DNA of 45,822 nucleotides from a virus (IMGVR_UViG_3300017766_001602:1-45822), one strand, 5' to 3'; counted from the first letter of the stretch, positions 16,439-29,617 are shown. Program-made: numbers and translations. Notes: generated from the letters alone by a model not told the origin.

Positions 16439-16850
16439 CGACGACGATGACTTCGGAAGCAACATTCCGAAGAAGGTGAAATCCAAGGGCAAGGTCCCTC
16501 CCGTGGCTCCTGTAGCTGCTGCCGAGGATGACGACGACGGCGAGGTCGTGACCCTTCCCCCGCCGCGCAAGAAGCGCGCGCAGCCTCCGACCGAGGTGCA
16601 GCCTGCGCAAGGCATGCCGAAGAAGTTCAGGATCATCCTTGAGGAGAACGAGGTCATCCCGCCGACCGGCTTGTACCTGTCGCACAACGGGCGGCCCTAC
16701 GTGATCCAGACCGGCGTCGAGGTCGATATTCCTCACTTCCTGAAGGAAATTCTCGACAACGCGGTGATCTCGGTTCCGGTCACGGAGCCGTCCACGCAGC
16801 AGGTCATTGGCTACAGGAACAGATTGCGCTATCCTTACCGCGTCATATAG
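16428..16850 (+). CDS. Hypothetical late protein
   Basis: 140 aa; acidic N-terminus, NGRPYVIQTGVEVDIP domain; followed by a hairpin at 16850-16869. Confidence 0.7.
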   Translation: MANDDDDDFGSNIPKKVKSKGKVPPVAPVAAAEDDDDGEVVTLPPPRKKRAQPPTEVQPAQGMPKKFRIILEENEVIPPTGLYLSHNGRPYVIQTGVEVDIPHFLKEILDNAVISVPVTEPSTQQVIGYRNRLRYPYRVI

Positions 16851-16885
16851 AAGGGGGTATCTCCCCTTCCGGCGCGGGACGGACA

Positions 16886-17647
16886 ATGAAGCTCAACGAA
16901 CTCCTGACTGAGCTGCGGCAGAACATCCTGCATGATCGCAGCGACCGAGTGGAGGGTTTGTCCGACCGGCTCTGGTCCGATGAAACCCTCCTCCGTTACA
17001 TCGACGAGGCTCAGCGCAAGTTCTGCCGCGAGGGGCTTATCCTGCGCACGACGCGCACGGTTACCCTGCTGACAGGCGTGGCTACCTACGCGCTCGATGA
17101 GAATGTGCTGGCCGTGATCTCGGCGAAGCATACGACCGACGAAGCGGACCTCATGCGCGTCGGTCATCACGATCTCAACATCTACATCCCCAACTACATG
17201 CCGTACTTCGATCCGACAGCCTATCGAGGCATGCCGGACGGCAAGCCGTTGGCGTATTCGACCGACGAGTACCTGCAAGCAGGTGCCACGCCCTCAGAGC
17301 GCTCACTGGGGCGCTCGACGCTGCGCGTCTATCCCAAGCCGACAGCGGCTTACAACAACACGACACTGACGCTGCGCATCATCGGTCAGCCCACACGCAG
17401 GCTCTTCGAGTGCAAGCCGCATGACGTGCCGGAGCTGCCTGAGGACTATCACCTCGACATGCTCGACTGGGCGGCGCACCTCGCGCTGCGCATCAACGAC
17501 GTGGATGCAGGCTTCAGGCAAGCGTCCGCAGATTTCGCTGCAACATTTAACGCCAAAGTTCGCGAAGCCCGCCGCCAGACGATGCGCAAACTCTTTGCGC
17601 CTCAGGGCCACGGCTTCGGTCAGAACGGCTGGTCGTGGGAGCGCTAA
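16886..17647 (+). CDS. Head-tail adaptor protein
   Basis: 253 aa; WSDETLLRYIDEAQRKFC, LRVYPKP and PELPEDYH motifs typical of podovirus adaptors. Confidence 0.7.
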   Translation: MKLNELLTELRQNILHDRSDRVEGLSDRLWSDETLLRYIDEAQRKFCREGLILRTTRTVTLLTGVATYALDENVLAVISAKHTTDEADLMRVGHHDLNIYIPNYMPYFDPTAYRGMPDGKPLAYSTDEYLQAGATPSERSLGRSTLRVYPKPTAAYNNTTLTLRIIGQPTRRLFECKPHDVPELPEDYHLDMLDWAAHLALRINDVDAGFRQASADFAATFNAKVREARRQTMRKLFAPQGHGFGQNGWSWER

Positions 17648-17648
17648 G

Positions 17649-18353
17649 ATGGTCAACTTCATGATGCGGCCTGACAAGCTGGTAGACGATCAGGGAAACC
17701 CGACGCCTGCTGCTGCTCAGATGAACCAGAACGTCCTGAACTTCATAGACCCGTCGCGGGCCTTCCCCACGGCGACGAAGGTTGTCGAGGACACGACACC
17801 ACTCGGTGCTCTCGCACGCCCGCTCACGGTGCCCGCAGCGGTGCTCTACGACAGCTTCTCAGGCGTTGCGAATAACGTCTCCGAGGCGCTGCCGAAGATT
17901 GGCAACTTCCTCACCACGCCGATGGTGCAGCGACAGAACACTGGCGAGGCTTATCCGACGCGCGATGTGCCGACGCTCGATCAGATGGTCGGCGCGATGC
18001 CGTCGCTCGCGAACCCCGGCGCAGTGAAGCAGACGACCGCGCAACAGCCTGCTGCCGCTGCGGCCTTCCGTAACCTGTTCGCTGGCCTGACCGAGAAGCA
18101 GGTCAATCAGCTCATGGCGCAAGCGCTCGGCGACAAAGAGAAGCCGATGGCTGGCCGGGACATCGGGTCGCGCGAATACTTGTCCATCGCGAAAAGCGAA
18201 TACCTCGCGGCAATCGGTGCCGCTGAGCAAGAGAAAGACCCGAAGAAGCGCATGGAGAAATTGTCGGCGGCTCGTGGCACGTATGCGCAGAAGCTCCTGC
18301 CGACGTTCATGAGCAATCCGACGAACCAAGCCATCGCTGAAGGTATGCAATAA
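17649..18353 (+). CDS. Putative internal virion protein
   Basis: 234 aa from ATG 17649, Ala/Gln/Met-rich, precedes the giant gene. Confidence 0.55.
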   Translation: MVNFMMRPDKLVDDQGNPTPAAAQMNQNVLNFIDPSRAFPTATKVVEDTTPLGALARPLTVPAAVLYDSFSGVANNVSEALPKIGNFLTTPMVQRQNTGEAYPTRDVPTLDQMVGAMPSLANPGAVKQTTAQQPAAAAAFRNLFAGLTEKQVNQLMAQALGDKEKPMAGRDIGSREYLSIAKSEYLAAIGAAEQEKDPKKRMEKLSAARGTYAQKLLPTFMSNPTNQAIAEGMQ

Positions 18354-18365
18354 GGCGGTCACTAA

Positions 18366-21300
18366 ATGGCTGGCATTAACGACATCGTAATCGACCCGAG
18401 GATCGCTTCGCTTCCACTCGAAGGGCTACCCTCGTATCAACCGGCTGAAGTCCCGAAGCGAAACCTGATCGCGGCGGGCCTCAGCGCGGGCGTCGATGAC
18501 CTTCAGGGCTTGTTCGGCGCTGGCATACAGGCCATGGGCAAGCTGTCGAAGATTTCGCCGCTAGAGGGTCTGGGCCGCGACATCTCCGAACGCAACCAAG
18601 CGGAGAGCGAGGCCAACGGTCGGCCTGACCTTGAGATCGCTCCATGGAAGGACGGCGGATCGTCGTTCGCGCCATGGCTGGCGTACCAGCTCGCGAAACA
18701 GGTGCCACAGATCGCTACGACGCTCGTGGGCGGCGCTGGCGTCGGCGCTGCGGCTGCAAGGGCTGGATTGTCGGTCCCGGCCAACGTGGCTGCTGCTGGC
18801 GCTCGTGTGCCTGTCATCGGCAGCGAGAACCTTGTGCGCAATCTTCTAGGTGGTACGGCGGTCGGCTACCCCATGGGCGTCGGCGCGATGTACCAAGAGG
18901 CGTCGAACCGCGAGAAGGAGGGCGGTGGTGCCGCCACTCAGGGTGACGCCGCCGCTGCGCTCGCCATGGGCCTTCCATACGCTGCGCTCGATGCCATGCA
19001 GCCTGTCGCCCTCGGCGCGGCGCTGAAGAAGGGCTTGCAGGGCAACCTGCTCAAGCGCCTCGGCACTGGTGTCGGTGTCGGCGCTGTTTCGGAAATGCCG
19101 CAAGAGGCGTTGCAGACCGCGATGGAGATGTCCTTCCGGCCTGACCTGCCGATGGCGAAGAAGATGGAGAACATCGTCGATGCGGCGCTCACTGGCGCGG
19201 CTGTCGGCGGTGCGTTCGGTGCCGGTAGCGGCATCCGTCGTCTGCGTTCTGGCAGCGGCTCTCAGGCCGGTACAGAGGTCATCGAGCAGGCAGTCAATGA
19301 AGAACTCGGCATCAATCCGCCGACGATGCCGACAATCGAGGACCTTGCGCCCCGGCAGAACGTCACGCCGTTCGGTGGTGCATCGAACGAAGACCTCACT
19401 GCGCGTCTGGGCAATCTCGAACAGCTCATGGGTAGCGGCGAGCAGACGAGCGAGAACAGCGCGCTGCGGGATCGCATCCGGGCAGAGCTGGCGAACCGGG
19501 CTCCGAAGCCTAGTCCGCTCGCGGGCGCTGACGACAATATGCTGTCTCGCGCCGAGGAGCTGCTGCAAGCGAAGATCGATACGCAGCGCTTCACGCAAAA
19601 GGATGTTGAGGACCTGCGCGCTGTGCGTGCTGAACGCGCTACGCGTGCGCCTCAGGCCGACATGTTCGCGAATGAGCCGGAGCAGGTAGCGCCCGGCGCG
19701 ACCGAAGAATTGCAGACCGCTGGTGAGCGGCTGGCGAAGTTGCGCGCTGGCATCACGCCGGAAGTTGAGAACACGCAGAACGATCTCAAGGCTCGTCTCG
19801 GCTACGAGAGCAAGCTGATCGATCGTACACGCTCGCGCTCTGAGGCAGAGCAGGTGATGAAGATCGAGGATGATCTCCGTCAAGGCAAGTCGCTCAACAA
19901 ACCGATGACGGAGCTTGCGACGAAGTACGGTCTGCTCGATGCCAAGGGCAAGATGCGCGATCTCGCTGCGGACGAGGATGCTGCGCTCGCCAAGGTGGAC
20001 GCTGCGCAGGCGGCGCTGAAACTAAAACAGACCGATGAAAATCTCCGGGCCGTCAAGGCGGCGCAGACCGAGTACAACCAAATCCGCACTCAGCGTGAGC
20101 TGGTGGACGATGCCGCGATCATGCGTGCGCAGATCGTCGAGGATGATGCTGACGTTGCTGCGACGGCAGAACAGATCGTCGCGCGCCGCACGAGCGCACG
20201 TGACGTTGTGGCTGCGCAGAATGCTGAGGCTGCTGCAAAGGCGGCTGAAGACGAGCGTGTGTGGCAGGAAGCATCCGATGCTCAGCGCATGGACTTCGTG
20301 AAGTCCAACGCATCCCGCATCGTGCGCGAGCGCGAGCAGCGGCAGGCTGAGCGCAATGCGTCACCCCCGGCGAACGTGCAGCCGCAAGAGCGTGTGATCC
20401 CGGCATCGAGTGCTGCGCAGCGTGAGCAGGCGTTCGAGGCGGCGCGCAAGGCACAGGGACCGATGGCTCAGGGCCTCACCCCGTTGTCGCGTGAGCAGGC
20501 GTTCGAGGCCGCACAGGCTCAGCGTGGTCAGCAGGTGGCTGCGCGCATGGATCGCGACTTCACGGAAGCGCAGACGCAGCGTGCCGTGGAGACGCCCATC
20601 GTCATCGACAGCGCACAGTTCACATCGCCTGCGCAGAAGACAGTCGCCGATACATTCAACCGCATGACTGCGGCGCAGCAGAACGCGCTCATCGACCGCG
20701 AGGAGTTTGGCTCGCTCGAAGCAGTGCAAAGCTACATAGGCTCGGCCAACAAGCAGAACGCGAAGAAGATACAGACCCTCATGGCTGCGGCTGTGAACGC
20801 GAACCCCTCGGTCGTGACGGAAGCCTACGCGCGTTCGACACCGAAGATCGCCATCACAAATGACGAGATAAAACTTGCGCGGCTGACGAAGCTCGCACGC
20901 ACTGGCTCCAAGCAGGCCCGGCAGGACGCGAACTCGGCGCTGGTCGATCTGCGCAACGCCAACACGTCTGAGGAGCTGCAAGCGGCCAACAGCAAGGCGT
21001 ACAAGGCTCTCATCGATCACGGTGCTGAGCGCATGGCATTCAACGTGAGCACGGTGAGCGCTGGCCCGCCACTGAACAACGTGATCTTCGACCGCGAGTT
21101 CGCACGTGTGATGACCCGCATGTCGCCGGATGTCCGCGCGCGCACGAAGGTCGTCGATACGGTGACGCAGCTCCCGACAGGCGTGACGGACATGGCCGCG
21201 ATGCGTGGTCTCGATCCGGTGAACATTCGCGGCGTCATGAACGAGGGCGACATCTACATCGTCCGCGAGAACATGCGCTCACCAGCAGATGTGCAGGAGA

Positions 21301-24300
21301 TCATCCTGCACGAAGTCTTCGGCCACATCGGCACAGCCAATCTGTTCGGTGAGAACCGCGATGCGGCGCTGGCAAGCATGTTCCGCCGCGCAGGTGGTCT
21401 CTCTGGTGTGCGCGAGCTGGCGCGTAAGAACGGTGTGTCGAATGAGCTTGAAGCGTACATCCAAGGCGATCCGCTGGATGATCGTGCTGCTGCGGACCTC
21501 ATGGATGAGTTGCTGTCTCAGGCTGCGGGACGCAACACCGGATCGCTCAAGACGATGCTGCTCGAATGGGTTGGCCGCCTCAAGCGCGTGCTGGTCGCCA
21601 GTCTTCGCAAGGCCGGTTTCAATGCAGCGGCGGATCGCTTCGATACAGTCTCTAATGCGGATATGGCGGCGACACTCTACGATATGCGTCGTGCGGCCAT
21701 GAACAACGCGCCGACAACGACGGACACGCAGTTCTCCGTCGAGAACCCCAAGAGCGTCCCCGGCGCGACGGAGACCGTCGCCAAGATGTCTGCATGGGCG
21801 GATCAGGCGCACAACGCCGCGTCGAAGGTTCCGTGGCGTGAGATGAACGTGAAGATGCGTCGTCTGATGCTGACGGCATCCTCGGTCAACCACATGTCGT
21901 GGCTCTACGACAAGGTGCTGCCCGCGCTCAAGAATTACGCGAACTCCATGCGCCTGCGAGATACGACGGCGGCTCGCTTCGCGCAGTTGTTCTCGGTGAG
22001 CTACGACAAGCTCACGCAGTTGGAGCGCTACAACCCGGAGGCGTTCAACAAAGTCAAACAGCTCATGATCTACACTGAGATGGACATCAACCCATCGAAG
22101 ACGTGGGCTGAGCATGGCTGGCTGCACAAGAAGTCCAACGCTGCTGAACTCGAACAGGAGGTCGGCAAGGCGAATGAGATCGTGCGCTCGCTGCGGCAGA
22201 CGCCGTTCGGCGCTGAGCGCGTCGGCAACGTGTACGATCAGCTCGTGCAGACCAATGAGACGATGTTCAAGGCGCAGAGCGCAGTGTCGCTCTATCGCTT
22301 TATCAAGACCGATCCGGCGCTCAGCGCTGCGCTGCCGGGCATCAAGAACCCGCTGCCTGACTACGTGAACAACGCGGCGTTCTACAGCTCGCCCGAGAAG
22401 GCGAACACGTACTGGTCCGGCGTCATCGCGAGCCAGCTCGAAGCGCTGCATCAGCACGTCAAGGATACCGAACTCGCGGTCGCGAAGCTCGATCCGAAAG
22501 AGGCCGAAGCGCAGAAGCTCCGCGTCAAGCCGATTGCGCAGCGCATGGTGAGCATCGAGAACACGCTCGCAGCGATGGACAAGGTGCCTTACTTCACGCT
22601 CGGTCGCTCCGGCGATTATGTCGTCGCGTTCAAGATGAAGCGCGATGAAGGCGGGAAGGATGTGGACAAGACCGCACAGAACGCTGTGATCGAGGGCCTT
22701 GCGGCCAAGGGCTTCGGTGGCATCCAGATGTCGCAGGCATCGACGGTGCCTTCAGCCTTCATCCGCGTGGAGAACCAAGACCAGCAGGTCTCGCTTCAGG
22801 CGCTCGTCAAGTCCTTGGAGAAGGCCGGTCACGTCAGCGATGTCAGCGTCTACAACCGTCGCGAGACGACGCGCAACTTCGAGATCGACGAGACGGCGCT
22901 GCAAAACTTCATCTCCAATCTGCGGGCGCAGTACAGCGATCTCTCCGACGATGCGGACGCCGAGACGCGTGCGCAGGTCAACAAGCTCATCGCGAAAGCG
23001 CAGGACCTGTGGCTGGATCAGCTACCGGACAGCTCGATCTCGAAGATGCTGACGACCCGCAAGGGCATCCCCGGCTACTCGAACGATGTGGTGCGAAACT
23101 ACGCGCAGCACATGCGTGTGGCGTCGGTGTCACTCGCTGGTCTGGCTACATCGCTCGATGTGCAGGAAGCGCTCACCGACATGCGCAAGGATGTGCAGAC
23201 CGCCAAGCGTAATGGCACGGCTGGCCCGACAGTGACGCAGAAGCAGGACATCCTGCAAGAAGTCCTGAAGCGCGAAGCGAACCACGCTATGACGACACGC
23301 GTGGGTCTTGTGGATGACTTCCGCGCATGGACGCACGCCTACTTCCTCGGCCTGTCCCCTGCATACGCGCTGGTGAACATGACGCAGGTCGGCGTGCTGC
23401 TGTGGCCGGAGCTGTCGAAGCGGCATGGGTTCGTGGCGTCGGCGAAAGCGATCTCCAAGGCTACGCCGCTGATGTTCAAAATCCTCGCTGCGGCTGGCAA
23501 GGCTGGTTACGACCGCAGCGGCGCTGTCGGTGTCTCCGACGCCATCATCACTGAAGATGCGCTCGCAAAGGACAAGTCGATCTCGGCCAAGGATCGCGAG
23601 TTCATCATGCAGGTGGTGAACACAGGCATCATCGATCTCGGCTCCTTCAGCCGCGAACTCGCGCGCGCCTCGGAAAACCGCAGCGACCGCTGGCAGGATA
23701 AGACGCAGCGTGTCGCATCGTCGTTCGGCTATTACACCGAGACGGCATCGCGTCTGCTCGCTGCATTGTCCTCTCGCGACCTCAACGGTCAGAAGGGCGA
23801 TCAGAAGGAGATGGACTACGTGACGCAAGTGGTCGAGCAGTCGATGCTCAACTACTCGTCGTGGAATACCGCACGTGCAGCAGGCCGCATGGGTATCGCT
23901 GGCCCGCTGACGCCGATCATGACGAGCTTCTACACCTACAACATGCAGCTCATCGAGAAGCTGTATCGTGAATTCCATCGCGGCTTCACTGAGCGCAACA
24001 CGAGCCCGGCTGAGCGCAAGGAGGCTCGTCGCTTCCTGCTCGCGCATCTGGGTGCCGTCACCACGGTGTCAGGCACGCTCGGCCTTCCGGCAGCGTCGAT
24101 GTTCGCAGGTGCATATGACGCTATCGCAGGCGCGCTCGGTGACGAGGATGAGCCTCAGGACATCAAGACATCGTGGCGCAACTTCCTCGCTGATACGTTC
24201 GGCAAGGAAGTCGGTGAGGTGTTGTCGCGCGGTTTGTTCCGGCAGGCAGGCATCGACATCGCGCAGCGTGCTGGCGAAGGCGACATAATCCCGTTCACGC

Positions 24301-24908
24301 GACTGCTTACAGACAAGCGCGAGTTCAAGGATAAATGGAAGGACTGGGCGGCGCAGGCTGCGGGTTCTCCGTTCGGTATGCTTGCAGGCATGATCGAGGG
24401 TGCTGAAGAACTCTCGAAGGGCAACGTCATGGGCGGCTTCGAGAAGGCGCTGCCAGTGGCTTTCCGCAGCGGTGTCAAAGCCTATCAGATGACTGACAAG
24501 GGCTACACCGATGCCAAGGGCAACACGATCCCGCTGACGCCCGGCGCGACGGATGTGCTTGCACAGGCGCTTGGCTTCAAGCCCGCAGAGAAGGCTGAGT
24601 ACGACGAGGAGGCGCAGCTCGTGCGCGTGCGTAAGGGTGAGCTGGTGCGCGCAGCATCGAACATCCGCAAGAACCTCGTGCAGGCCATCGAGAAGGGCGA
24701 CAAAGAAGACATCAAGACATGGACCGCCGAAGCCAAACGCTTCGACGCCAACCAGCCTGCCTACGCGGTTCTCCCCGGCATCGGCGGCACCATTCAGCGC
24801 CGCGCAGCAGAACGTGCGCGCTCGCAGAACATGGGCGTCCCGCTGGCGACGAACTTCAAGGATCAGAACACGATGGGCCTCTTGGGCTTTGGCAACTACG
24901 CGAGGTAG
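18366..24908 (+). CDS. Giant internal virion / DNA ejection protein with zincin-like motif
   Basis: 2180 aa, helical; Gly/Ala-rich hydrophobic N-terminal segments; ILHEVFGHIG motif. Confidence 0.75.
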   Translation: MAGINDIVIDPRIASLPLEGLPSYQPAEVPKRNLIAAGLSAGVDDLQGLFGAGIQAMGKLSKISPLEGLGRDISERNQAESEANGRPDLEIAPWKDGGSSFAPWLAYQLAKQVPQIATTLVGGAGVGAAAARAGLSVPANVAAAGARVPVIGSENLVRNLLGGTAVGYPMGVGAMYQEASNREKEGGGAATQGDAAAALAMGLPYAALDAMQPVALGAALKKGLQGNLLKRLGTGVGVGAVSEMPQEALQTAMEMSFRPDLPMAKKMENIVDAALTGAAVGGAFGAGSGIRRLRSGSGSQAGTEVIEQAVNEELGINPPTMPTIEDLAPRQNVTPFGGASNEDLTARLGNLEQLMGSGEQTSENSALRDRIRAELANRAPKPSPLAGADDNMLSRAEELLQAKIDTQRFTQKDVEDLRAVRAERATRAPQADMFANEPEQVAPGATEELQTAGERLAKLRAGITPEVENTQNDLKARLGYESKLIDRTRSRSEAEQVMKIEDDLRQGKSLNKPMTELATKYGLLDAKGKMRDLAADEDAALAKVDAAQAALKLKQTDENLRAVKAAQTEYNQIRTQRELVDDAAIMRAQIVEDDADVAATAEQIVARRTSARDVVAAQNAEAAAKAAEDERVWQEASDAQRMDFVKSNASRIVREREQRQAERNASPPANVQPQERVIPASSAAQREQAFEAARKAQGPMAQGLTPLSREQAFEAAQAQRGQQVAARMDRDFTEAQTQRAVETPIVIDSAQFTSPAQKTVADTFNRMTAAQQNALIDREEFGSLEAVQSYIGSANKQNAKKIQTLMAAAVNANPSVVTEAYARSTPKIAITNDEIKLARLTKLARTGSKQARQDANSALVDLRNANTSEELQAANSKAYKALIDHGAERMAFNVSTVSAGPPLNNVIFDREFARVMTRMSPDVRARTKVVDTVTQLPTGVTDMAAMRGLDPVNIRGVMNEGDIYIVRENMRSPADVQEIILHEVFGHIGTANLFGENRDAALASMFRRAGGLSGVRELARKNGVSNELEAYIQGDPLDDRAAADLMDELLSQAAGRNTGSLKTMLLEWVGRLKRVLVASLRKAGFNAAADRFDTVSNADMAATLYDMRRAAMNNAPTTTDTQFSVENPKSVPGATETVAKMSAWADQAHNAASKVPWREMNVKMRRLMLTASSVNHMSWLYDKVLPALKNYANSMRLRDTTAARFAQLFSVSYDKLTQLERYNPEAFNKVKQLMIYTEMDINPSKTWAEHGWLHKKSNAAELEQEVGKANEIVRSLRQTPFGAERVGNVYDQLVQTNETMFKAQSAVSLYRFIKTDPALSAALPGIKNPLPDYVNNAAFYSSPEKANTYWSGVIASQLEALHQHVKDTELAVAKLDPKEAEAQKLRVKPIAQRMVSIENTLAAMDKVPYFTLGRSGDYVVAFKMKRDEGGKDVDKTAQNAVIEGLAAKGFGGIQMSQASTVPSAFIRVENQDQQVSLQALVKSLEKAGHVSDVSVYNRRETTRNFEIDETALQNFISNLRAQYSDLSDDADAETRAQVNKLIAKAQDLWLDQLPDSSISKMLTTRKGIPGYSNDVVRNYAQHMRVASVSLAGLATSLDVQEALTDMRKDVQTAKRNGTAGPTVTQKQDILQEVLKREANHAMTTRVGLVDDFRAWTHAYFLGLSPAYALVNMTQVGVLLWPELSKRHGFVASAKAISKATPLMFKILAAAGKAGYDRSGAVGVSDAIITEDALAKDKSISAKDREFIMQVVNTGIIDLGSFSRELARASENRSDRWQDKTQRVASSFGYYTETASRLLAALSSRDLNGQKGDQKEMDYVTQVVEQSMLNYSSWNTARAAGRMGIAGPLTPIMTSFYTYNMQLIEKLYREFHRGFTERNTSPAERKEARRFLLAHLGAVTTVSGTLGLPAASMFAGAYDAIAGALGDEDEPQDIKTSWRNFLADTFGKEVGEVLSRGLFRQAGIDIAQRAGEGDIIPFTRLLTDKREFKDKWKDWAAQAAGSPFGMLAGMIEGAEELSKGNVMGGFEKALPVAFRSGVKAYQMTDKGYTDAKGNTIPLTPGATDVLAQALGFKPAEKAEYDEEAQLVRVRKGELVRAASNIRKNLVQAIEKGDKEDIKTWTAEAKRFDANQPAYAVLPGIGGTIQRRAAERARSQNMGVPLATNFKDQNTMGLLGFGNYAR

Positions 24909-24953
24909 CCAAGTTACGAGGTTTCATGTAACAAGATAGAAAAGGGGCGCACG

Positions 24954-25317
24954 ATGACCACGGATTACGAGAGCAGCGATCTAGGCCATTACGACATCGA
25001 GATCGTGACGCACGCCTCGTTCGTGCTTGAGATCACGTGGAACGATGAGAACGGTGCGCCCATCGATCTCACAGGCTACACGGCGCGCATGCAAGCGCGT
25101 GACGATGAAGACGCCGATACTCCGTGGTTCGATGTCGATGAGAGCGACTACATCGCGCTCGGCGGCACGGCTGGCACGATCAGCGTTGTGATCCCGAAAT
25201 CGATCACAGAAGACATCACATCTGAAGAAGGTGTCTGGGACCTGATGCTCACATCCCCGGCAGGTGTGACCACTCGCGTTCTGCATGGATGCGCATGCGT
25301 GGAGAAGGGGATCACGC

Positions 25318-25325
<8 letters not shown>
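24954..25325 (+). CDS. Small Ig-like fibre-attachment protein
   Basis: 123 aa; [14 protein letters not shown] and GVWDLML motifs typical of proteins preceding phage fibres. Confidence 0.65.
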
Positions 25326-26804
<1,479 letters not shown>

Positions 26805-26805
<1 letters not shown>

Positions 26806-28691
26806 TGAGCGCTGTAAACTTTCCATCAAACCCATCGCTGAACGATGTCCATACGCACAACGGCGTGTCGTGGATTTGGAACGGTGCGGCGTGGATCATT
26901 CCGAACGGCGGCACCATCGGACCCACGGGACCGACCGGCCCCGGCGTCGGCGCTGCTGGCCCCACAGGACCGACAGGTCCTTCAGTCACGGGGCCGACTG
27001 GTCCTTCAGTCACGGGACCAACTGGCGCTGGTGGTCCGACTGGCGCTGGAGGTCCCACAGGTCCGACAGGATCGACAGGCGCAGGTGGCCCCACAGGACC
27101 GACCGGTCAGGCAGGCGGCCCCACAGGTCCGACTGGTCCAACAGGACCGACAGGCGCTGATGGCCCCGAGAGCGTTGTGCCCGGCCCGACAGGACCGACA
27201 GGCGGCGTCGGCCCGACTGGTGCGCCATCGAGCGTCACCGGCCCCACAGGCCCCTCTGTAACCGGTCCAACAGGATCGACCGGCGCAGGCGGCCCCACAG
27301 GTCCGACAGGCCCCACAGGAACGACAGGCGCTGGTGGCCCCACAGGACCGACAGGAGCAGCGGGAGCAGGCGGCCCGACAGGTCCGACAGGCACGGCAGG
27401 CAACGACGGCGCAGGCGGCCCCACGGGTCCGACAGGCGCGAATGGTGCCGGTGGTCCGACAGGCCCGTCAGTGACCGGCCCTGCTGGCGCTGGAGGCCCC
27501 ACAGGACCGACAGGAGCGGGCGGCAGCACTGGTGCAGGCGGCCCTACGGGTCCAACGGGTGCTGGCGGCCCTACAGGCGCGTCTGGAGGCCCTACAGGAC
27601 CGACTGGCCCGGCAGGCACGAACGGCACGCCGGGCGGCCCCACAGGACCGGGCGGCCCCACAGGACCGACAGGTGCGAATGGTGGTCAAGGTGTCAAAGG
27701 CCCGACCGGTCCAACAGGTCCTACGGGCGCGCAGGGCTCTGCGGGTCTCGACAGCACGATCCCCGGCCCGACAGGTCCGACCGGCGCAGCATCGAGCGTT
27801 GCAGGCCCGACAGGTGCTGGTGGTCCGACTGGCCCCACAGGATCGACCGGCGCTGCATCGACAGTGACCGGACCCACAGGATCGACAGGTGCAGGCGGTC
27901 CAACAGGTCCGACCGGCGCAACAGGTGCAGCCTCGACCGTCACCGGCCCCACAGGACCGACCGGCGCGACAGGTGGCAACGGACCTACAGGCCCATCCGT
28001 CACAGGTCCGACAGGTGCAGGCGGCGCTGCGGGCGCGACGACGTTGCAGATCATCGACGGCGACTACACGCTGCTCTCGTCGGATGCGAGCAGCTACATG
28101 CGCCAGATCAGCGCGAGCGCGAACGACATCACGGTGAACAGCTATCTGTTCTCCTACGGCATCGCGGTGACCTTCCATCAGGCAGGCGCAGGGCAGATCA
28201 CGTTCGTCGAGGGCTCCGGCGTCACGATCAACACACCGCCCAACGGATCGCTGAGCACACGTGGTCAGGGATCGACGGTCACACTGATCTGCGTTGCGGT
28301 CGATGAATACGATCTCATCGGCGATGTCGAGCTGTCTGTGGACTATGCAGGTTACGATGTCGCCATGGGTGTCGCGTCTCCCGCGCCTACCGCGAGCGAG
28401 GAGTTGCTGCGTCACTTGTTCACGAGAAGTGTCGTGTTCGGTGTGGACTTCGCAGGCTCACTTGCCAAGGCGGATACTGCGGCGACCGCATCGACGGTGC
28501 TCAGCGTGAAGAAGAACGGCACCGAGATCGGCACGATCACGTTCGCGATTGCAGGCACGACCGGCACACTCGAAAGCGATGGTGTCGCAGCATCGTTCGC
28601 GGCTGGAGATGTGATGACAGTCGTGGCTCCGGCGACACCTGATGCTACGCTCGCGAAGATCGCTGCGACGTTCAAGGGGAGCAAGGTCTAA
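26805..28691 (+). CDS. Collagen-like fibre protein 2
   Basis: N-terminal NFPSNP...WIWNGAAW module, long GPT/GAG collagen stretch, two C-terminal beta domains; TAATG coupling. Confidence 0.85.
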
Positions 28692-29617
28692 TGGCGGCTC
28701 CCGCTGCGCATCGCTATTGGCGACTAGCGGTTCGGCAGCGTAACAGCAACGGCCTGTCGAACCTCGCCACGCGCGACATTCAAATGAAATCGGGCGGCAC
28801 CAACCGCTCGGTAGGTGCGACCAAGACTGCATCGTCAGGGGCGAACCCATCCTTCTTTGGCGATGGTAACACAGGTACATCGTTCTCAGTTGCGTTCACG
28901 CCGATCATATATCTCAACTTCGATTTCGGCTCAGGCAACGCCTACGACATCGACGAGATTGTCTACACGCCGGACGCGACGTTTCCATCGTTCTTCTCCA
29001 TCGGCCTCACCGAGGTGCAATACTCGGATGACGGAACGAATTACACGACGAGCTGGATCATCTTCAGCCCGCAGACAGTGCTGTCATGGGGAACAGGCAA
29101 CGCCACATTCACGCGCCCGGCGCGCAGCGTGGCTACGACAGCCAATGCCCGATACTGGCTGTGGCTGTTCAAGACCAACAAGGGCGGCGACAACGCCATC
29201 CCGTCGCAGTACTCCATCGCGGAAGCAGAGCTGCGGCTGACGAGCGGCGGCGCTGATCAGACAGGATCAGGCACAGCACACTCCTGCCTGAGTTCCAACG
29301 CATCAAATGCGTTCAACAATAACTTCGGCAATCAGTGGCTCGAAGACTATACCACCTCGACTGCGCTCGGTTACCAGTTCGGCAGCGGCGTCACCAAGGC
29401 GATCCGCGCGTTCACACTTGGCACAGCCAGCTCAGGTAACCAGAACGGCATGCCGACATCGGGCACGATCTGTTGCAGCGATAACATGTTCACGTACTGG
29501 CCTATCAAAGATTGGACATTGAGCGCTGCGGGATGGTCCACCACCAGTCAGGTGCGTGAGGTCACGTTCGAGCCGCCCTTCGATAATCACCGCAGACAGA
29601 CGAGGGCCATCCAATGA
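28691..29617 (+). CDS. Discoidin/F5-8-like double-domain protein A (putative carbohydrate binding)
   Basis: 308 aa; HRYWRL, FDFG, VQYSDDG, then a second ARYW...AEAEL...SGGAD repeat. Confidence 0.6.
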   Translation: MAAPAAHRYWRLAVRQRNSNGLSNLATRDIQMKSGGTNRSVGATKTASSGANPSFFGDGNTGTSFSVAFTPIIYLNFDFGSGNAYDIDEIVYTPDATFPSFFSIGLTEVQYSDDGTNYTTSWIIFSPQTVLSWGTGNATFTRPARSVATTANARYWLWLFKTNKGGDNAIPSQYSIAEAELRLTSGGADQTGSGTAHSCLSSNASNAFNNNFGNQWLEDYTTSTALGYQFGSGVTKAIRAFTLGTASSGNQNGMPTSGTICCSDNMFTYWPIKDWTLSAAGWSTTSQVREVTFEPPFDNHRRQTRAIQ

